Positions 24,598 through 38,900 of a DNA stretch of 64,000 bases are shown here, in pieces. Positions within the stretch are counted from its first letter, which is position 1; each line of letters starts with the position of its first letter. The DNA lies in assembly GCF_000150275.1 (NCBI RefSeq), contig NW_002060952.1:952482-1016481 (forward strand), given 5' to 3'. This DNA is from Trichoplax adhaerens. Its lineage: Eukaryota; Animalia; Placozoa. The notes below the pieces were generated by a model. That model ran no database searches. It was not told where the DNA came from and worked only from the letters and a program-made list of their open reading frames with translations. Both the position numbers and the translations under genes were made by a program.

Positions 24598-27500
24598 ATG
24601 AGTGATCCAGCATTTGAAGAAGCAGGAAAAACGCCAGGATTAGAAATATGGCGTATTGAGGTTAGTTTAAGCTGGAAATACACTAATGAATCTTTTCTGT
24701 TTTATAGTTATAACCAATAGAGTTCATTTGAACAGGTTATGTTATCGATTCGATTTATTTTGCAATTTATAGCCGATTAGATCTAAATTAATTACGTCAG
24801 ACAAGCTTAGACTTTCGTCTACTAACACGATATCATTAAAATTTCTTAAACAATCGTGATAGAAATTGGAGGTAGTTAAGCAAGAGCCTGAAACTTATGG
24901 AAAGTTTTATAATGGTGACTCTTATATCTGTTTAAGTGTAAGTAATCTGTACATTGAACGCAAAATCCTATTTTGTATTTTATTATCTCACTTCGCTACT
25001 AAAGATCCAAAAGTAAATGACTCACTCTTTTATTATTTATACTTATTTGCTAATGAAACAATGTAAGATTCGAGAGGCAAATACTGCACCTCTAGCTATC
25101 AAATAGTATAAGGTCGCAATATGATATTCACATGCCAAATTAATATAAATAATGATTCCAATATCTTGTAACAAGAATCGCAATGTACTACATCTATTCG
25201 ACTGAAATTAATTTATAGCTGATAATTACAGCTATTAGCGTGAATCATGACAAGAATATTGTTCTATTGCATTATTGAAATCTAAGCTAATCTACGGACT
25301 AAAATTGAAATCAATATTATTATAAAATAGACAAAGTCAGTAATTATCCACTTTTCCTTCAGCAACCACGCCATCAATATTAATTCTACCAGAAGGAGTT
25401 GAAATTAGGAGAGTAGCTGCATAGAATTAGTTATACATAGAAGGCCCCTCTATCTTCGCTCATGACATTATTCGATGCTCTTAGTTGTATATAGTAGATA
25501 TATTGGTAGAACCATACGAAGATTAATTAGAGGAGATATTTTGTACACTGTTTTTGTGTATTAACCATTTATGCCATTATTGCAATTCTTCAAATTAGAT
25601 AGTACTCGTGATATATTAGAGAGATTATTTTTACTACACTAAGATATATTTATGACAATAATTCATAGACTAATATATTTGTAATTAAGAGAGAATACAA
25701 CAGATTAGAGAAACCTTTCATACTTACACGTTAAGGTCTCTTTGAAATTGCAAAGTACTAAAGAAGTAGTAGATGCTACCGAAATACGTATTCTCTAATG
25801 TTAATACAAAATCTAGTTATATTTCATAAGCTATCATTTCATAACCTATCATTTTATAGCCTATCATTTTATAGTCTATCATTTCTTATCCTATCATTTC
25901 TTAACCTATCATTTCTTAACCTATCATTTCTTAATCTATCATTTCTTAATCTATCATTTCATAACCTATCATTTTATAACCTATCATTTCATGGATCGTT
26001 AAATGTGGCGAAATTTACTGTTTTCTTAAGATAAAATAAGATTACACTATTGTTTACTACTTTGCGTTAGAAATTATAGCTATTTACTTTTTTAAACAAA
26101 TTATACTTCGTGAGATTACATTCTGACAATTAGAATAAAATTGAATCCATTTCAATTAAGGTTGATACTTTAGTAGTTTACCAATCGGATGCATTTATTA
26201 TTTTATTTCTGCATTTTTAAATTCAATACATCTATCTAGACCAAGAAAAAGAATAATAAGTTATGTTGGGATATTCATTTCTGGCTTGGAGAGGAGACGT
26301 CACAGGTAAACAAAATATAAGCACTATTTCTTGATAATATAATTTAATGAATTATTAAGCTTTCCCTACGTAATGAATCACTAGGAGATTTAAGATATAC
26401 TATAATTCGTTCGAGTTTAAGTTTTTTAATCCAAATTAAACATAAATACATGTATTAATCATATCACTAACATCGGGATCAGGATGAATCTGGAGTTGCT
26501 GCTTACAAAACGGTTGAATTGGATGAGCTTCTTGGAGGTAGTCCTGTGCAACATCGAGAGGTAACGTACTTTGCGCCGTACATACACCTTCAAGATTGAT
26601 TAATAATAAAGTTGCATTTAAAGACTAGCATTGTCTACGGCTTTAATTGATAAGCTTTTGCTAAAATTTTTTAAATGTTATCCTAAGACCATCACGAAAA
26701 TACCTAATTTAGCATTCAATTTGGCTTTTATCTAGTATTCTTTATATGATCGCATGACCAATTTAATTCTTGATTATGATAATTGCATCAACCCTAGACA
26801 GTATAAAACTGAAGTTTTCTATACGTTATTCTTCAGAGTTAAGATTACAGCTATTGCTCAATCATTACCTAAGACCGAGAGTTAATGAACATACATAATT
26901 ACTATTTCGCTATAAATTTGATTACTTATCAGTAACAACCAATAAAATATTACATATATCAAGAATAACAATTGAAACAAAAATTATTATATCTATCGTA
27001 TCTTTAATGAACTATGATTTCAGTTGTTCAGAATTATCATTTCCATTTACCTCTTGCTATAGGTCCAGAATCACGAATCTAGCCTATTTTTATCCTATTT
27101 TAAGCAAGGAGTGTGGTAAGATATTAGTTGTATATCTTTATTCTTGTTATTAATCAAATTTTTCATAATTAAATTAATATTTTAACATTCTTACCAGCTA
27201 CGCCGAAGGAGGCGTTGAATCTGGTTTCAAAAAAGTTGAACGTGGTGCATATGAAAAAAGATTATTGCATATCAAAGGCAAACGCCAAGTCCGAGTTTAT
27301 CCAGTTAGTATAAAACTGATACATTTATAAGTTGAGATTAACATTAATATTTAACATCATAAACTGAATTAATGTATTATTTTAATCATTTCTCTAAGGT
27401 GGAAGTTAATGTAACTTCATTAAATGATGGCGATTGTTTCATACTGGATGACGGCGAAAAAATTTATTGTTGGTGCGGTAAAGACAGTAGCCGGAAGGAG

Positions 27501-30500
27501 CGGATGAAAGTAGTACTAAAAATTATAAATAAAAGAACAACTTTACTTTTTTAATCCTAAAATAAGATAAACTAACTTTACTTATTTATGGTTATCGAAT
27601 ACCTCTAAATTAGCATTAAATTACGATTACTAGGCATCAGATGTAGCCAGGGGCATTCGTGATGGTGAACGTGGCGGTAAAGCTCGTATTTATATTATAG
27701 GTAGGCCAGATAGGATCGAATCAGATAAATTTTATTTTCGACACCCAAGCTATGCAACTGCTGATTTCTAGTGCATCTACTAGTATAATAAAAAATTACA
27801 GGGTACATATAACCTATAAGAGTAATTACAGATGGCCTTATTTAAGCAATAAATACTACATTCTAGTCATGAATCAGCGTATGCATCAATTGAGGATTAT
27901 AAGATTTTAAGTATTCCTTGACAAGAACAGAAAATTAAATCAAGCTAGTCCCATACATTACTGAATTTTGTTCCTATTCAGCTATATTAGCTACGAATGA
28001 GTATTATTTTATCCAGCATAGTGCTGAGTTGATTTTTGATAACTGGTTAAAACCCCAATTTTTATAATTGTAGCACTTTTTACGATAAATCTCCTTTCGA
28101 ACTGTGATTTCATTGAAGTAATCTCTTCAAACGACGATATCATAGAAATTAAACTATGTTACATTTATCATGTTGTAACAATACAAATCTACAGAAAAAT
28201 TATAAATTTAATTTTGTTAAAAAGATGACGGAGAGGATGATGATAGTGAATTTTTTGAAGCGTTGGGTGGATTTAACCGCGAACAAGTATTATCTGCTGA
28301 AGCCGGCGGCGATGATGTTTCTTTTGAAGAAGAATCAGCAGAGCATATTCGTTTATACAGGTATCTAATAAATAATCCATATTGATTTAAAGAGGGAAAG
28401 CGAAATCTTTTCATATACGATCAGGACTTAGAAGCTATCGAAATAAATGTTGATTTCGACATTTAAAACTTTAGAATCTCTGACGCTAGCGGGGACTTAG
28501 AAACTACGGAGGTCGATGAGAAACCACTAAAATATGAACATTTAGACCATAACGTAAGAATATTGTATACCTGGTAGTAGAACACTTTAAATTATATTAA
28601 AACCAATATGCGTATCTATAATGTTACACTACTGTACATCAAATGCTTGTAATTAATTAATTGAAGATGAAAGACTAATATTACATGTCATCATTCATAA
28701 AATTTTTACCATGCTTTAATTTAATTAATAATGATGAGCGGAATATAGTAAGGTATGGGTATCAGATTTGAATTTTCTGTTTTGATAACTAAGAACAATG
28801 TTCTACCTCCCATTTTGACAGGATTCTTTTATCTTGGATACCGGAGGCAAAGGAATTTTTGCATGGGTTGGTTCAAAGTGCACTAAAGCCGAGAAACGAA
28901 GTGCTATGAGTCAAGCTGTGGTATGCTATTCATAATAATTTAGCTTTATTAACACAACTCATGACATTATTCCATTACAGGTTTGATATTTCAGAAGCAT
29001 ATAGCACGTATTAAGCTGTTTAAAGCCATTAAAATTCATTAAATCGATCTCATATTTCTATTATTACTATGCGATTATTTAGAAATTTATTGAAGAACGG
29101 AATTATCCTAAGTGGACTCCTGTTACTCAAGTAATGGATGGTGATGAGAATGCTCTATTTAAGCAGTATTTCGCATCATGGCCGAGCCGAAATATTGTTA
29201 TTGCAGCACCTAAGCCTAGTCAGAGTAATATCGGTAAAGTATAAATGCGTATTGAAATTTGTAATTTAGTGTTGAAGAAAGGACTTGAATCTAATGTAAA
29301 ACTGATACCGTAGTTCCTTCGCTGTAAGTAAGCTATTCATTTAATCAATATCCTTGCTTTTTAGCTCAAGTATCACAAGATGAAATCGATCTAAAAGCAC
29401 TACATCAACAACATATTCAAAAGAAGCAAACAACTTTGCCTGATAATGGGGATGGACGTGTCAAAGTAAAACCAATAAGAGAATAATCTTTATAGTAATA
29501 TCTTTAAATACTGTGTATATTCCAAATATAGTGATTTGAAAAATTACAAGAGTTAGATATGACACCTGTAAATCTAATTTAATAGATATGGCGGATTGAA
29601 AATTTTCAAAAAGTTCCCGTCGATGAAGAAGTTTATGGCAAATTTTATGGTGGTGATAGCTACATCCTGCTGTACAAATATCTCAAGCATGGAACTGAGC
29701 AATACATAATTTATTTTTGGCTGGTACGTATTATTATAATGTCCTAATATTAGTTTACTTTAAAATTGAGATGATTCAGAAGATACAAATAACTCAGGAA
29801 TAAATGAAGATTAATGTAGATAACTCGTAGTATAAAGCTATCGACACTAATTCGTATTTACGTAGTAGTCTTATAAATATAGAACTAAAATCAAGGAATA
29901 AAATTAAGGATATGCTAGTATGTGTCGTTAGATATCTCGTGAAAGGTTCCATAATATTTAAAAATTAGAATTTAAAAAGCCGCTTATATCTACATACAAG
30001 TATTTCATTTATCTTTTCAATATTGAGAAATAATAGACTACAGGAATGTCTAACGATAACATTTGCATTTAGGGATTAAAAAGTAGCCAGGATGAACAAG
30101 CATCTGCGGCTGCTTTAGTTACTGCAATGGACGATAATCTAGATGGAATGGCTACCCAAGTAAGGCCGTGTTATCGTACATACATGATGGATAAGAACAT
30201 TAAATATTGTTATATAACATTTAATTTAATACGATCCTCGTAAAAAAATATTCAGATACGTGTTGTTCAAAATAAAGAACCCGAGCATTTTTTACTGATA
30301 TTTAAAGGAAAACTGGTCATTTTTGAGGTAGATATTGAATAATAACATTGACTATACTGTAGACAATTATCGATCATATTTTCGAATCTGATCAATTTTA
30401 GGGAGGCTGTGCTAGCGGATTTAAGAACGTTAACGATAAAGATTCTTATGATACTGATGGTGTTATGCTTTTCCAAATTCATGGAACTACAGCTTTTAAT

Positions 30501-33416
30501 ACTAAAGCCATTCAGGTATATCGAATTTAGGAATATTCAATGTATTGTATAGAGCGCAGATTAGTGCTAACTAAACTCGTTAAATTACGGCACTGCCATG
30601 TTGTCAAGTTTAGTTACTCTACTCTAAACTTATATACTAGTAGAGCTCATGTTTTTTTCATATTTGAATAATGTGTCGTGATATTAGGTGGCTGAAAGGG
30701 CATCGTCGTTAAACTCGAACGATGTGTTTGTTCTTAAAACACCACAAGAAACAGCAATTTGGGTAGGCAAGGTGAGTATAATAATTTAAAAAGTTTACCT
30801 AATGCATATTAAGCAAATATCTGCTCTGAAACATGTATAATTGCTTTTAACAATGTAATACAGCTTAAATTTAAAGTGGTTAGTAATTTCGTTATATTTG
30901 CAATACGGATAAAGATATTATATATCGAGAGTATATATATACAGCATCTGAGTTGAAAAATAGCCAAGTGAATTTATGCTTACAATGAAAAACATACTTG
31001 TAATTCATTATTAACATTTTAATGTGCTAATAATTAATTTTTCCAAGTAATGCTAACGAAATGTGATAGGATCACTTTAGGACAAAATTAAATTGATTAA
31101 TATCCTATAGCATTATCTATGCTAGCTATAAGTTTAGTAATCATGGCCTATTGTCTATACTGGTATAGGGAGCCAATAATGATGAAAAGGATATGGGTAA
31201 AACCATTGCGAAGTTCATTTCGCCAAAAACGTGAGTAATTTGTGACTATAAGAAAAATTGATCAAGTTTAAAATGGTAATCACTTTGGTAATGTTACTCA
31301 GTTATATCAATTTGAAAATCTTATAAAAAAGCAAGTATAAGTAGTAATATGAGTATTATTGTTCTAACAGAGATATTGGAGTTGTTAATGAAGGTCATGA
31401 ACCTGAATGGTTCTGGCCTGCATTAGGCGGTAAAACTGAGTATGCTTCTGGTGAAAGATTACAGGTATTTCATCATTAGAGCGTAAGAAATAGTTTCCTG
31501 ACATTTTGTCAGTATAATAATACCGAAATATGGCGTCTAATATTACTAATTGCTCTTACTATGCATGATCAATATAGGAAGCTACACTATCGCAACCGCC
31601 ACGATTATTTCAATGCTCTAACGCTTCAGGAAAATTTAAAGTCGAAGAAATTCCAGATTTCGATCAAGAGTCTGTCTGTCTTGTAATTTGCATAAATACT
31701 ATACTGTAGTAGTTATTGCTATAATTTCGAAGATGATCATTTAAATACATATTTTCATTTATTGTAGGATTTAAGTGAAGACGACGTAATGCTATTGGAT
31801 ACGTATGATGAAGTTTTCGTTTGGATTGGTGAAGGAGCTCGCCCAGAGGAAAAAAAGGCAGCATTAGAATTAGCAGTGGTAATCGAATTATATTCGTCTA
31901 TACTATAGATACATTTAAAAAGGACTAGTTTTCTTACAATTTCTTTACCTTACGAAATATAAATTAGAGCTATAGCAACCTGGCGATGATTATGGTGTCT
32001 GATAGAAACGTTTATTTCGATTAATTTTATCGCTTAAATATCTAAATAAGCGACTTCTCTTGATTCCTTAAGTTGTTATTTCTTGTATAAAATGTGCTCT
32101 CTCTATTTCGTCATCATCAATTAGAAATATGTAAAGTCGGACACTTCTGGACGCGATATTAACAACACCACCATGGTTCAAGTTAAACAAGGCAGTGAGC
32201 CAATAGCTTTTACCTGTAATTTTGTAGCTTGGGACCTCAATAAATGGAGCGTAAGTCACACTGTCACGATGCAGTAAATGTGTAGAGATTAATCGATCCT
32301 TCTTCATCTGCGTAAAATAATTATTACAAGACTTGATGATTAACTTGTACTATAATTAGAACGGAAAATCTTATGCTGATTTAAAAGCCGAGCTTGGTAA
32401 AGAAAATGCTGGTGTAACCTTAATTTCTGATGTAAGTTATCCAGTGATTTCTACTTCTGTTTAAATACTATGCAAAAGAAGATAATAAATTCTGATACTA
32501 TGTTCAATTTCTATCATGAATTAAATAAGGGACATAGTGTGTAGTTTCCACTAAAGTTATAATTCTATCGAAAGAATTACTAGTAGTGATATCCTTTACT
32601 TTGTAACACACTATACCATTCTTTTTATTCTTTGGCACTGTAATCAATTACATATGCTCGAACTACGTATACTTATTATCTTGCTTGTTTTACTAAAAGA
32701 TTTAATGTACGAACTTTAAAATTCATGTAAACCATATTTCATACTTACTATATCTAGGAGTTAGCTAAATATAACAAAAAGTATGATTATGAATTTTTAA
32801 TATCTCCTGACTTACCAGAAGAAATTGACGCATGCCATAAAGAGGTCAGTTGCAGCAAATATCATCTATTCGTTCCAAAGATGGATATCTAAATTATCTT
32901 GTTGATACATTAAAAAATCGAGATTTTATTATAATTTAAAACAAGATTGCCTGTGATCTAGTCTTAATTCATGTAATTATATGTTATGTAAGTTAGTATT
33001 GTCGATGATAAATACTTGAAAACATTATGTTCAGCGTAGTAAAATAGCAATACATCTCAGTATTGATGGAGCTGAAGGACAGCATTTAAATTTAGTATTT
33101 TAGAAAAAGTAAGCTAATTTATAATGCCTTGCATATCTGCAATTATAGATTGCATAAACTAGCTGTGCTCATTTTTTCTACTACCTTGGAATATTTTAAG
33201 ACATTTCGTTTAGCATAGGCTATTACATGCTTGAGGTCAAGATAATATATCTTGATTTGATAGTCTGGGCTTTCCTAATATCTCAATTTTTTACCTGTTT
33301 AGCGCTATCTAACAGATGAAGACTTTGAGAAAGTTTTTAATATAACAAGAGAAGAGTTCGAAGCAAAACCGCAATGGCGTCAACAGCTCTTAAAGAAGCA
33401 GAAAAAACTATTTTAA
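24598..33416 (+). CDS. Villin/advillin-like protein (six gelsolin domains + headpiece), copy 1; ~26 coding exons
   Basis: [91 protein letters not shown], and the headpiece [33 protein letters not shown]. Introns are GT-AG; one weak donor lies near 31673. Confidence 0.95.
25826..25992. repeat. 15-bp tandem repeat (CCTATCATTTCTTAA-like), ~11 copies, in villin 1 intron 2
   Basis: Directly visible CTATCATTT periodicity of 15 bp. Confidence 0.95.
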
Positions 33417-34361
33417 CTACAACTGGCGCTATTAAAAGTCTTTTCTTATAGGTCTAGGTGTTTCAATACGATAGATCTGTTTAGTTATGATGGATTGTTT
33501 GGTTTAATCGCGGTACAGATTTAAACATGAAAGAATTAAATTGAAAATTCTCAATTGAAATAGTATAAATTAACTTATTCAGCAATGTCCTAGCTTGTAA
33601 TTGTTTTTACTATGAGCCTGATATGCGTTGATTTTTATTTTTAAGGAAGATGGGGAATTTTTTTGCTAGATAAAGGTTGAAATTTAGGAAATGTTCCAAC
33701 TTGGCATTTAGTAATAGCCTTTTTGGAATAGTAGTATCAAGATTAACTGTTAGATAATACTTCTAAGTTAATGCTATCTTCCAATTTTTCCTATAAGTAA
33801 TAGTAACAACCAATATCAAGATAGAAAGTAGAATAGGTGATTACAATCGCAAATAACTTAAATTGATGTTGTTGAAATGTGCTTAAGCTTTCCTTATTAC
33901 CTTAGTTTGAAAACAATGCAAGCTATTTAACGTTACTTATCTTACTGGAAATCGATAACAAAAATTGTACGTATGGATAACTTAGTCGAGCAATTTGTAG
34001 CCACCGATATGCTGCCGCTCATTCCCTGACGATTTATCAGCCATTTTCATTTCTTCTATCCTATCATTGCATACTCTGTTATGTATGTAAGAAAGTTGTT
34101 ACAATAATGTGTTAAAGTGAGATAATGTAGTGGATTGCTAAGATAAAGAGTACGATACGGCTATAACGCGATATGATGTGTGGCCTTCCTAGACGATATT
34201 TAAGGCAATAAATCTTAAATAAAGGCAGAATTATTAAGCTAACTAGGCGGAGTATATCTGTGCCCGTAGCAAAAACGGATACTATTAGTCTAATTGTAAA
34301 CCAATTTCTGGCAATTAAGATGAAAACGGCTTTAATACCGTCCTGACCGTAGATTTCCATG

Positions 34362-35904
34362 TTATATTTTAGGCATGGCATGTAAGGCATCTCGTAGTGA
34401 TAGCATTTGTCATTTTTTAAATAATTTATTATTGCAGGTCTAATAAACATTGAGTTGTAGTACTACGACAACTTTGGAAATGGTTTGAACAAGTCATTTT
34501 TTCCGTGATTAAAAGAGTCACCTGGAAGTAAAAATCGTCCAAATTTAATGTTTGTATCAAGAACAGCTACTAACAAGTAGACTACCTATATTAAATGACC
34601 ATGAATAATATAATCGGATTGTTTTTGCGAGTTGGTAGATTGTGAAGGAATAAGTCTTTCAAAGTGCCTCAGTCACATAGGCAATGTGGATTTTAGATAT
34701 TCATCTCTCATGGTAATTGAAAAGTTTGGATCATAACGATTTTTGCTCAGTGGTTTTTTTATGTCCTCTAGACAGCAACATAGTTAGAAATTAATATTTC
34801 GTAAGGGCTCTAAAATATTTATACCAATAGTCGATAACTAACCAATTCCCGCAGCAATCATGTCGCAATAATCCAATTCATCACATTCACAATCTAATCC
34901 AACCGAACGACCCAAGTACCTAAGGATAACTAAGTCAGTAGATACCAGAATAATTTAGTATCGATTTATTAAATTTCATAAGCAAGATAGGTTTAAATAA
35001 TCGTTTTACTTATCAAATTTTCATTGAATTATTTTGAAGAAAAATGATTTAGCTGCTTTAGATTATTATACTGAGAAACATACCGTATCGTAAAGAATTG
35101 GTTATATTAATGAATTGGAATTAAATATTCAATCGCTTTTGTTTGTAGCTAGAAAAAAATTAACATATAGTAAGTTGATTCAATGCTTAGTTTCAATGTA
35201 TGGAAGATTTACTAAATGTTCGATATTGAAAAGGTGCTGTACGAGCAGCAACTTTTAAACAACGAAAGGGATGAAATAATGACCGTATGACTTTTCCTAT
35301 CTTCGCTTTGAACTAGCTTAATTCCATCGCTGGTTTCGATCGCTGGAGCTTCAATAATTAATATAACAGTAGCCAGAAGAGTCATAGAAAATTGAGATTA
35401 GAAAACAAAGTCAGCTAAAAATTGAAATGGCACCAACTGAAAAAGCTGTCATACTTTGATATCCAATATTATTAAATATGAGGTTTACTGTACAGCTACA
35501 AGTCATGCTATTGTATTCGGGAGAAGACGGTAGCTGCTAATATATAAGATTTGCACATTCACAGTGATTGAAGCTATGACCATCATTCGTATCCTCTAAC
35601 CTTAGCCAAATAAGAATAACCCACTCTTTAATCCTTCTTGTTTTATGTTGAGCCACATCTTGTTTGAAAATGTCGTCTCGGAATAAGATATATTCCAATC
35701 ATTCATTAGTAATCGCATCACTTCGGCACGTCCACGTCCGTTAAAATAATGCAATTTGACATGCTGGATATCTTTAATTGGAAAACAGCCAGCCTTACCA
35801 TGGACTAGTCAACTAATTATTTTACTTACGAGAGCCTGATCATCACCATAATGTAATGCAAGCAGACCAGCAATCAAGACCACAATAAGCGTTGTAGTGC
35901 CCAT
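34362..35904 (-). pseudogene. Pseudogene duplicate of the signal-anchored GST
   Basis: Same 4-exon structure (MGTTTLIVVLIAGLLALHY..KLHYFNGRGRAEVMRLLM). In-frame stops: TGA 35809-35811, TAA ~35602, TGA 34673-34675 and TAG ~34586. A 5-bp duplication lies just before the original stop codon. Confidence 0.9.
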
Positions 35905-38900
35905 CTTGCTGGAAAGAACGATAGGATTGTGATACCACCTGAAGATCTCTTCAGCTACCGCAAGATTACTTTGCTTACTTAGCAAATATCGTGCTTCAAA
36001 TGCCTTTAAGCATGCCTCAATGCGGGTTTATAGATTCCTGTGCCTACACCTCCATTATTAGCTTGAGCATTGAGCTATGGCTGTCGTTTGCGTACCAATT
36101 GGATGCCAAGCAGTGCTACAGTATTAGCGCGTATACCAGAGGACTCTAAATCCTCGACTTGGTAGTCCATGACTGTCCTGGTTATGTCAATTATGGCCAA
36201 TATCCAAACTCTAGATTTGTGTTAATACGCCATTATCTCATGCTAACTAAGGCGAAATTGCGCCATGTTGGTTTTTCCTTTCACCTTCTCAAGGCTAATT
36301 AGTTTCCTATAAAAGTTGGATTGAAGTAACTCCAAAAATGGAGTTGTTGCCCAGGAATTTCATCGAACACTTTATTACGTTCAAAAGCCAACTGAAACTT
36401 TAAATTCCATGAATGAAATCAATTCAAATTATCAAATTTTGTATGATCTGCTGCATGAACGGAACATCATACAAATACACCAATGCTTATAGTACTGTAT
36501 AGACAGACATACACCTACACTTATGGTGCTGTGTATGGATAATAGTAACTACAACTCGATGAAGTCTTCTTAACTAACAGTAGGGTAATGACGATGAAAT
36601 ATCCATTCATATCCGATTCTTATTCTATCTTTCTTATTCTATCTTACGTTATAAATCAAGCCAAGATTTTTGTACAATATTAAAAAGAAATTTTTATTGG
36701 CCTATAAATCAGTTAGTTGTATTCGTAATGGTTATCAGTTGTAATTGTGGTAAATTTAGTCGAAACATGGATAAGATCATAAAATTTCTTATGCATACCT
36801 AGTTATAAAGCGACATTTAAACTAGGTTCGCTCTTCTACTATTTATTAATATGATTCCTTAGGAACATAAAGTATAATTTACCTTACTGTTAATTAAAAT
36901 TTACTCTTATGATAAGCATCGATAACTTACAAACGATTATTTTTATTTATGGCGTTACAAATCGAAATTTGTATGTGACTGACCGACATTATTTAGAAAG
37001 GATTTTGAGCATTTGTAGTGCACTTTTAGCTTTGAAACATCAGTAGCGATTATAGATCCTTTAGCTCTTAGCCTTTAAGGATTGAAGATAATGAATAGCA
37101 TTTCATTAAATTTGCATTTCTACACTAGCTGAACAATCTTCACGTTCAAGAAATAGCCATGAAACTGCCTAAACTATGATTTTACTGTATCATTGAGTGA
37201 AACAATCCGCCATTCATGAACTGATATTTATCTAATTTTCATTCTATTACAATTATATGTGGTAGTTATATGCAGCTGGAACTACACTCCTTGGCTTAAT
37301 GTTTCTTATCCATAGAAAATTGCAACCTTTACGATCATAAGAAAACAATGACACTAAGTTAAAACTATTTTAAACTTTGCATTATTCATTCTATTTTATA
37401 CATGGAGACTTATCAGATATTTTAATCTATCCTATTCATTAGGGCTATACAAAATTGAAACTAGCTACCGATAAATGAATAGGGAATTATTTGATCTGTC
37501 GTAGATTGCTGCACTAGCTGGGCAATTTTTAGCCTCAATCAGGCAACTGTTAAAACTAAATCAATATTATTAGCTGTATAGAGGAATAAAATGATACTTA
37601 ACTTTCTATAATTCACTCTTATGAATAAATCTATCTTATTAAATTCAATTATTTCCTGTCCTAATAGAGCTTTTCAGCTTAAGAAAGATAGTGACTTTAT
37701 AAAATACCTAACAATTTTATAAAATGTCTAGTGATTTTGCAAAATGCTGTTTGGAAATACAAACTTTGATATAACTATGAGGCTTATAATTATAACAAAA
37801 TTTCATGTCAGATCGCTATGCAAGTAAAACTAAATAAAATACTTCTCCATCAGTTAAAGGACAGTAAGAGTGAATCTTGAAGCTTTGGCACATAGAATTA
37901 TTACAAGCATCATATTATCCTTTTCTACTTCAGCAACTATTCCATCAATATTAATTCTGCCAGAAGGAGTTAAAAATAGGAGAGTAACTACACAGAATTA
38001 GTTATTATGGAAGGCCCCTGTAACTTCGATTATCATATAATTCAATGTGCTTATTAGTTGCATATGATGGGTATGCTGATAGATCTATGCGAAGATTAGA
38101 GGCGATAGTTTTTACACCATTCTTATGCTTAACTTTTCACGCTATCATTGCAATTCTTTAAATCAGGGTTGTACCTGTGATATATCAAAGAGATTATTAT
38201 TATTGCACTAAGATATATTTACGAAAATGATTTATAGACCAATATATTTGTAACTGAGAAAGAATGCAATAGATTAGAGAAACTTTTCATACTTACACAT
38301 TAATATCATTATTGAAATTGTAGAGTAACTAAGAAGTAGTAGGTGCTACCAAAACATATAATTTCTAATATTAATATAAGGTCAAGTTATATTTGATAAA
38401 TTGTCACTTCTTAGATCGCTAAATGTGATAAAATTTACTGTTATCTTATGATACAATAAGATAATGCTATTATTTATAACCGTATGTCAGAAGCTATAGC
38501 TATTTAATTCTTTGAAAAAATTATAATTCATGAGATTATAACCTGGTAATTAGATTATAACCAAATCCATTTCGATTAAGGTTAACACGTTAGTAGATAA
38601 CCAATCAGATGTATTTATTATTGAATTGATGGTGTTTGAATTGTGTTAGAGCTTTCCACAGTACCTTAGTTCGAGAGCAATTCAAGCTACTAGATGTTAC
38701 TTGTCTTATTCGAAATCAATAATAAAAAAAGGCACGCATAAATAGCGTAGTCGAGCAATTTGTAATCGCCGATATGCTGCCGTTCATTTCCTGACGATAT
38801 AGCAGCCATTTTCATTTCTTCTATTCTGTCATTGCTTACTCTGTTATGTATGTAAAAAGTCGTAACAAGAAGTAGTTACCTATTCTATTACCTATGATAA

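Noticed and set aside
25798-26034. ORF with LSFLN pentapeptide repeats
   Set aside because: It is the translation of the intronic 15-bp repeat and is absent from the paralogous intron.
34112-34450. 112-aa ORF as a new gene
   Set aside because: It is frameshifted read-through of the GST pseudogene's last exon into 3' flank.
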